A stretch of 64,000 bases of DNA from Alkalinema sp. CACIAM 70d (GTDB taxonomy: Bacteria; Cyanobacteriota; Cyanobacteriia; Leptolyngbyales; Leptolyngbyaceae): positions 1 to 64,000 of the forward strand of contig MUGG01000034.1 of NCBI GenBank assembly GCA_002148405.1, in the 5' to 3' direction. Below are positions 59,245-64,000 of this stretch, one piece after another. The notes under the pieces were generated by a model. That model saw nothing but the letters and a program-made list of their open reading frames with translations. It had not been told where the DNA came from and made no database searches. The position numbers were made by a program, and so were the translations under genes. Position 1 is the stretch's first letter. Each line of letters begins with the position of its first letter.

Positions 59245-61851
59245 TTATGTATCCGGTTTTAAATTTTCTCCTGTTCCTAAATTACTCCGTCCTAAAATGA
59301 ATTTGGGTTGATTTTCTTCACTATCACAATCCCGTAACCGTCGCGGGGGATAAACATTCTTCACAGCGAATAAATGGTCAATCCAGTTCTTCAGTTTTTC
59401 CGATCGCTGCGTGCTATTCACACCCGCTTTGAGATGAATCCAGTCATAGTATAACTTTTCAAAAATCGCCATGTTTTCTGCATTAATCCAGCAGATTTTG
59501 GGCAGAATATGGGCCGGAGTTTCTTCCCGAATTACCTGCTCTGCAAAGCGCCGAAAGGCCATATCACTGAAGCGACTCCCATAATCTGGCAAAATAATAT
59601 GAATGCGATAGGAATAGGGATCGGCTTCTGCACAGTCGCTACAATTGCTATCCACACAAATCGGTAAAAAGGGATCAGTTTCTTCCTCGGGTCGGAGCAG
59701 AATATTCTCAATCAAATACATCCCTTCATCGCTGTAATTAACCTGAAGATAGTGCAGCACTTCATCGATCGCCTGATTCATCTGATCTTCCGTGTCAAAA
59801 TACTCAATACGCCGTGCCACGACTTCGCCTGCATCATCAATCACATTGAAATAATGCTTGGCATTGCTGCTGATTTTTCGATCGTAATTTGCCGGGGACA
59901 ATGCAAACTTAATCGCCCGTTCCATGGCTTGTCGGGCTAGCACCTGCGTTTCGTAGTTGCGACTACTGCTGAGGATAATGGCTAGGGTATCCCGGTTGCG
60001 AATGCGAAAACGGAATTCATTTTCAGGGGTACTGTCAATTTCAGCGTAAATGTCGTAGGCAATGTCTCCTAAATTCCGGCGTTTGTAATTTTGAATTCCT
60101 AAAAGCTTGGCTAGACGCTTCTCTAGGCCAGATACATTTTCGCTATTCCATAAATCACCTTCCCCTTGTAGCGTATAGTTGTAGGCCAGCGATCGCTCAC
60201 TGCTAATTTCCGGGTAATGCTTCAGAAAATCACACTTATAACGAATCAAACTCTCTGCACTGGTACCAAAGGCTGAATACAGCGTGTAGGCCAGATCATG
60301 GAACTGTTCTGCAAAGCGTGCAATTAAGTGATCTAAAAATCGATTGCGACGATCGAAGCCTGAAGTTTGCTCCTGGCTATCCTGCTGGGTTTGCAGCGTG
60401 CGAATGACCTCAACGGGATCACGGTCTTCTGTCGTGTGATAAATGGTTTGGTAATTTGAAAAAGAATCGACTACTTGATAGAAATAGGTACGGCGTAATT
60501 CCGGATCGATCGAAAATAAATCCTTCACATGGTGCAACTGGGCAAAATAGTTGGCCATGATTTGATCGAAAAAGAGTAAATAGGCTTTTAACTGGTAGGC
60601 CAACGCTTTGCGAGTTGAATCCGCATTGCTGGGTAAACCCTCCTGACTCAAACCATAAATCGCTGGGAAATGGTTCTGAAAGGAGTAATAGCGATCGAGG
60701 CTGCGGGGATTGCCTGGAGGAATCGGTAAATCGTCGAGGGTAATGGCTTCGGCCTTCACCGTCACGGCTTGCGTCAGTTCGGCATAGAGACGATTCACGC
60801 GATCGCGGTTGGCCACTACGGGCATCTGCCGTTTGTAAAAGACCAGCCGAGACTGATCGCGATCGAGCAGAGCTTTGTGCTGGGCTGCCACGGGAACCAC
60901 CCATTTCGTTGCCAGCGGCACCTCCGTTCCAGCAGGATTGATCACAATCTCCCGCACTGCCTGCACCCCTGGAATATCCATCACGATGCTAATCACATCC
61001 GAGAGCCGAATTTCTGTGCGTAGTTCCGCTTGGGCTAATTCCCCATCATCAATAAAGCCACAATTTAATGCAGGGCCATCAAAGATTTCATCGATCGTAT
61101 AGGCTGTACCGTCGGCCTTTTTGCGGGATAGCATTTCACTGAGGCGATAGTTTCTCACGCCGGGAGCAAGATACTGCTGGACTTGGAACCAAATTTCCGC
61201 ATTCACCTTGGCGACATCCGCATCTGGAGTGAGTTCGAGTTCGGCACATAGTAGAAAATTCTGTGTTGTAATTTCTTCTAATGCAATGAAATCCTCACAA
61301 AGATTTCGATTAGCCTGTAGACATTGCCAAACTAATTTCTGAATGGCCTCTTTTTCAGCATTAGTATTAATCCCATCCATGTACTCGATTGTGACTTTAT
61401 ATAAGCCTGCCAAGTTTACAGGAAGAGTTCGATCGATTTCTGAAGGGCCGTACTGAAGCTGCTTTTGAACGAGGTTGGCGTAATAGGTAATGGTTGTAGG
61501 GTTGATCCAAGCATTTTTGACACCGGGTAAATCAATCAGCAACTTCCGGTAGTCTAAAACTGTTAAAGCGCGGTTAGGCAGAATTTGTCGTGCAGTGAAA
61601 AAAGTATCATGATTGAGCGCAGGATCACTGGCTAGGATATCCGCGATCGGGAAAGATGCGCGATAACTCAAATCCGTGAGGGCATAACACAATAATTCTA
61701 AGGTGGTGATTCCAGGATCGTGAACGTTGTAGTCCGTCCAAATCCGCTGTGCTAGTTGCTGCACCTGCTGTAAGCCTGCTGCATAGAGATGTTGATGATC
61801 TAGGGCTGCAGGGCGATTATGTTTTTGCGGAATAGTCAGTTGAGACAACAT
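59245..61851 (-). CDS. Hypothetical large (868 aa) protein of the eCIS-like operon, possibly a baseplate component (Afp12-like position)
   Basis: ATG start, 53 nt after the upstream gene. The N-terminus reads WTDYNVHDPGITTLELLCYALTDLSYR. The C-terminal Cys cluster is PICVDSNCSDCAEADPY. The assignment rests on synteny only. Confidence 0.45.
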   Translation of the reverse strand: MLSQLTIPQKHNRPAALDHQHLYAAGLQQVQQLAQRIWTDYNVHDPGITTLELLCYALTDLSYRASFPIADILASDPALNHDTFFTARQILPNRALTVLDYRKLLIDLPGVKNAWINPTTITYYANLVQKQLQYGPSEIDRTLPVNLAGLYKVTIEYMDGINTNAEKEAIQKLVWQCLQANRNLCEDFIALEEITTQNFLLCAELELTPDADVAKVNAEIWFQVQQYLAPGVRNYRLSEMLSRKKADGTAYTIDEIFDGPALNCGFIDDGELAQAELRTEIRLSDVISIVMDIPGVQAVREIVINPAGTEVPLATKWVVPVAAQHKALLDRDQSRLVFYKRQMPVVANRDRVNRLYAELTQAVTVKAEAITLDDLPIPPGNPRSLDRYYSFQNHFPAIYGLSQEGLPSNADSTRKALAYQLKAYLLFFDQIMANYFAQLHHVKDLFSIDPELRRTYFYQVVDSFSNYQTIYHTTEDRDPVEVIRTLQTQQDSQEQTSGFDRRNRFLDHLIARFAEQFHDLAYTLYSAFGTSAESLIRYKCDFLKHYPEISSERSLAYNYTLQGEGDLWNSENVSGLEKRLAKLLGIQNYKRRNLGDIAYDIYAEIDSTPENEFRFRIRNRDTLAIILSSSRNYETQVLARQAMERAIKFALSPANYDRKISSNAKHYFNVIDDAGEVVARRIEYFDTEDQMNQAIDEVLHYLQVNYSDEGMYLIENILLRPEEETDPFLPICVDSNCSDCAEADPYSYRIHIILPDYGSRFSDMAFRRFAEQVIREETPAHILPKICWINAENMAIFEKLYYDWIHLKAGVNSTQRSEKLKNWIDHLFAVKNVYPPRRLRDCDSEENQPKFILGRSNLGTGENLKPDT

Positions 61852-61904
61852 AGTTCATAAACCTGATTCAGAATGGGATTCGACAACCAGAACAAGTCAA
61901 CTAA

Positions 61905-63959
61905 TCATGCAATGGGATGAATGACATGACTCACATCGGAAATAAGGATGGTATCTGGGCGTTCAGGAGAGACCTCACTAACATCAATCAAGTTATTGGT
62001 TTCACCGCTATAGGTATAAACTTTAAAATCAGTTAAATAATCCACATAGGAGAGTTCCTCTACAAAATCTAACAGAACCGATTTATAAACCTTGCCCCCA
62101 AAGGAAATCGGACGATCGGCATCAAAGGCCCAGGGGGATAGGAATTCCTGTAAGGCTTGCTGTAATGCTTTTTGATAAAAGTTAAATTCATAGCCGGGAC
62201 GAAATTGCACTCGGCAATCCACTTGGATTTTCTGATAGAGCGGATTTTTTACCTGAACCTTGACCTGCATCCCTCGTCGATCGTTGACGTAATCCGTAAT
62301 TTGTTGCAGCGTTACGGCATCAACTTTGGGTTGTAGGGGATTGGCTGCATTCTGGTTGTGTAGATCGGGAACGACAACGAGTAACACATTGCCCGGTGCC
62401 AGCCACACGCCATCCTTGGCATGGGGAATACATTTCACTTGATGAATCTGGGGAAAGGCTTCCAGCACAATGCGCTCATAGTCCCAAGCAGTAATACAAC
62501 GGTTTTTATGGCGTAGTCGTTCTGAGGCACGAGTTTGCAAAGGCCGATCGGCTTCGATCGCCCGTCCTCCAAAGGAAGCATAGGGTTGGGTAATGGCTTT
62601 AATGCCAGCCACTGTGGTTTTGAGCTTACTGATTTTTCCGGGTTCCAATGGTGTTAGTAAATGCTTGGGATCATTTCCCTGATCCTGAAACTGTACTTCA
62701 ATCGCATTGGCTACTACCTGAACTAATCGACAAACCGCAGTGACATTGTTACGAATCGCTGCTTTAATCCAGATTTGCTCTTTCGGTAGAATCGTATTTT
62801 GTGTTGTTGCTTTAGCTGGAATGATGAACTGAATGACACCACTGGTTAATAACTGCTGTGTTGTATCTAGGACGACTGAGCTACGATCGAGTAATTGCCA
62901 ATAATTATCTCCCAGGACCAACCAATCCAAGCTTTCCCTGGCTATATCTGGATTAGCGCTACCTTCTGCGACTTGAAAGAGCAGACTTACACTCTCTCCC
63001 GGCTGGAGACCTTGTAATCCGATGAGCAATTCCCCAGCGTAGGTATAGTTGGGGACTAGAGAAATGGTAGCCGCTAAATTAAATTGGGTGCGTTGGAAGC
63101 CATGTTCCCGCATTTGCCCAAAATAGGTGATGTGGAAAAATTGGATGTCCCGATTGGTAAAGTCTTCTAATACGTTGGATGATAACGGTACCGCATCGGA
63201 CTGGGCTTTGTAGGACAGGGAAATCGTTTGAATCGTTGGCGTGTAGGGTTCATTGAGAATGGTAAGTGTGCCATTGGATGACTTACTATAGGTCATCACA
63301 TTTTCCACATACTTCGTGCGGTAGGTGGAATGCAGAAAATCCCGTTCCAACGCAAAGGTGATAAATCCCGATCGAGCCTCCGGTTCAACGTTGACCAAGG
63401 GGATAAAAACAGGATTCCACAACAGGTACTTACTCACGAAATTAAACGCCCACAGACTGCCGATCGTATTGAAGGCGTAGACCTCCATCCCCGCCCGCAA
63501 TGCAGGCGATACAGAGGGCGTCCCAGGGGTGAATTGAAACACTCGCTCAACCGTAGCATTATTGCGGTCGAACAGCCGTTCACCTGTCCCCGTGTAATGC
63601 CAAGTTCCCCCATCGTTAAATGCGACTGCTGCGGTAAAGCTGGAATTGGTGATGCTAGTTCCATAACCGCTGTAATGGGTTGCCAAATTTGGGTTAATGC
63701 CTTTCCATTTGACGGCTAATTTAAGTTCCAGCAACTTTTTGCTGAGGGCCTCGGGATAGCCCACTCGGAAGCTGGAGCCGATCGTGGGTTGGGTGCCAAA
63801 GGGTAGGAAGGGGCGTTTTGGATTGAGGATACCGTCATCACTTTCCAGTTGTAAACTAGTAATCCCGGTGACCTCAACGGCAATCTGGGCTGTCAGTAGC
63901 GAAATCCCTTGCCAATCGAGATAGCTCAGCGTTGCATCAGGATTAAGAACAACCTGCAA
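61905..63959 (-). CDS. Putative baseplate wedge protein (gp6/Baseplate_J, Afp11-like) of the eCIS-like operon
   Basis: A 684-aa beta-rich protein first in the visible operon. Its size and position upstream of the tape-measure and ATPase genes fit Afp11. The apparent start is TTG, so it may be translationally coupled to an upstream gene beyond the window. Not confirmed by motif. Confidence 0.4.
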   Translation of the reverse strand: MQVVLNPDATLSYLDWQGISLLTAQIAVEVTGITSLQLESDDGILNPKRPFLPFGTQPTIGSSFRVGYPEALSKKLLELKLAVKWKGINPNLATHYSGYGTSITNSSFTAAVAFNDGGTWHYTGTGERLFDRNNATVERVFQFTPGTPSVSPALRAGMEVYAFNTIGSLWAFNFVSKYLLWNPVFIPLVNVEPEARSGFITFALERDFLHSTYRTKYVENVMTYSKSSNGTLTILNEPYTPTIQTISLSYKAQSDAVPLSSNVLEDFTNRDIQFFHITYFGQMREHGFQRTQFNLAATISLVPNYTYAGELLIGLQGLQPGESVSLLFQVAEGSANPDIARESLDWLVLGDNYWQLLDRSSVVLDTTQQLLTSGVIQFIIPAKATTQNTILPKEQIWIKAAIRNNVTAVCRLVQVVANAIEVQFQDQGNDPKHLLTPLEPGKISKLKTTVAGIKAITQPYASFGGRAIEADRPLQTRASERLRHKNRCITAWDYERIVLEAFPQIHQVKCIPHAKDGVWLAPGNVLLVVVPDLHNQNAANPLQPKVDAVTLQQITDYVNDRRGMQVKVQVKNPLYQKIQVDCRVQFRPGYEFNFYQKALQQALQEFLSPWAFDADRPISFGGKVYKSVLLDFVEELSYVDYLTDFKVYTYSGETNNLIDVSEVSPERPDTILISDVSHVIHPIA

Positions 63960-64000
63960 AATGGGATCGGTGGTAGTGTAGGTATAGCCATGGATCGCGG

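Noticed and set aside
1-64000. HIP1 (GCGATCGC) octamers scattered throughout the window, considered as a local repeat family
   Set aside because: HIP1 is a genome-wide feature of many cyanobacteria, not a local element. It is used only as taxonomic evidence.

Overview
This is a cyanobacterial chromosome segment, judged from the very frequent HIP1 octamer GCGATCGC and a filamentous-cyanobacterium-like gene set. Positions 1-41.9 kb are mostly core and signalling genes. They include an IS66-family transposase fragment at the window start, a 2,684-aa kinase/NTPase/GAF/PAS/histidine-kinase/receiver mega-sensor followed by two paralogous hybrid histidine kinases, and murF, tRNA-Leu(GAG), a CbbX-type AAA ATPase, btpA and a flotillin gene. 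This stretch also holds a 4-Cys pseudokinase-WD40 gene, creatininase, sfsA, several peptidases (clan CD, M23, M16, L,D-transpeptidase), dus, truB, a PadR regulator and a GAF sensor kinase. Positions 41.9-64 kb form an accessory region. It contains a degenerate ISAzo13-family insertion sequence, a TIR-TM-WD40 protein paired with a papain-like protease, and a histidine-kinase C-terminal scar. Its largest feature is the distal half of an extracellular contractile-injection-system (eCIS/Afp/PVC-like) operon on the minus strand. That operon runs baseplate-like genes, a tape-measure-like gene, an AAA+ ATPase, a 1,170-aa DUF4157/HExxH putative effector and a small downstream gene with a strong Shine-Dalgarno site. 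It appears to continue past the window end, where the sheath, tube and spike genes would be expected. The eCIS locus with its DUF4157 effector is the most interesting system in the window. All calls rest on reading protein motifs by eye, with no database searches.
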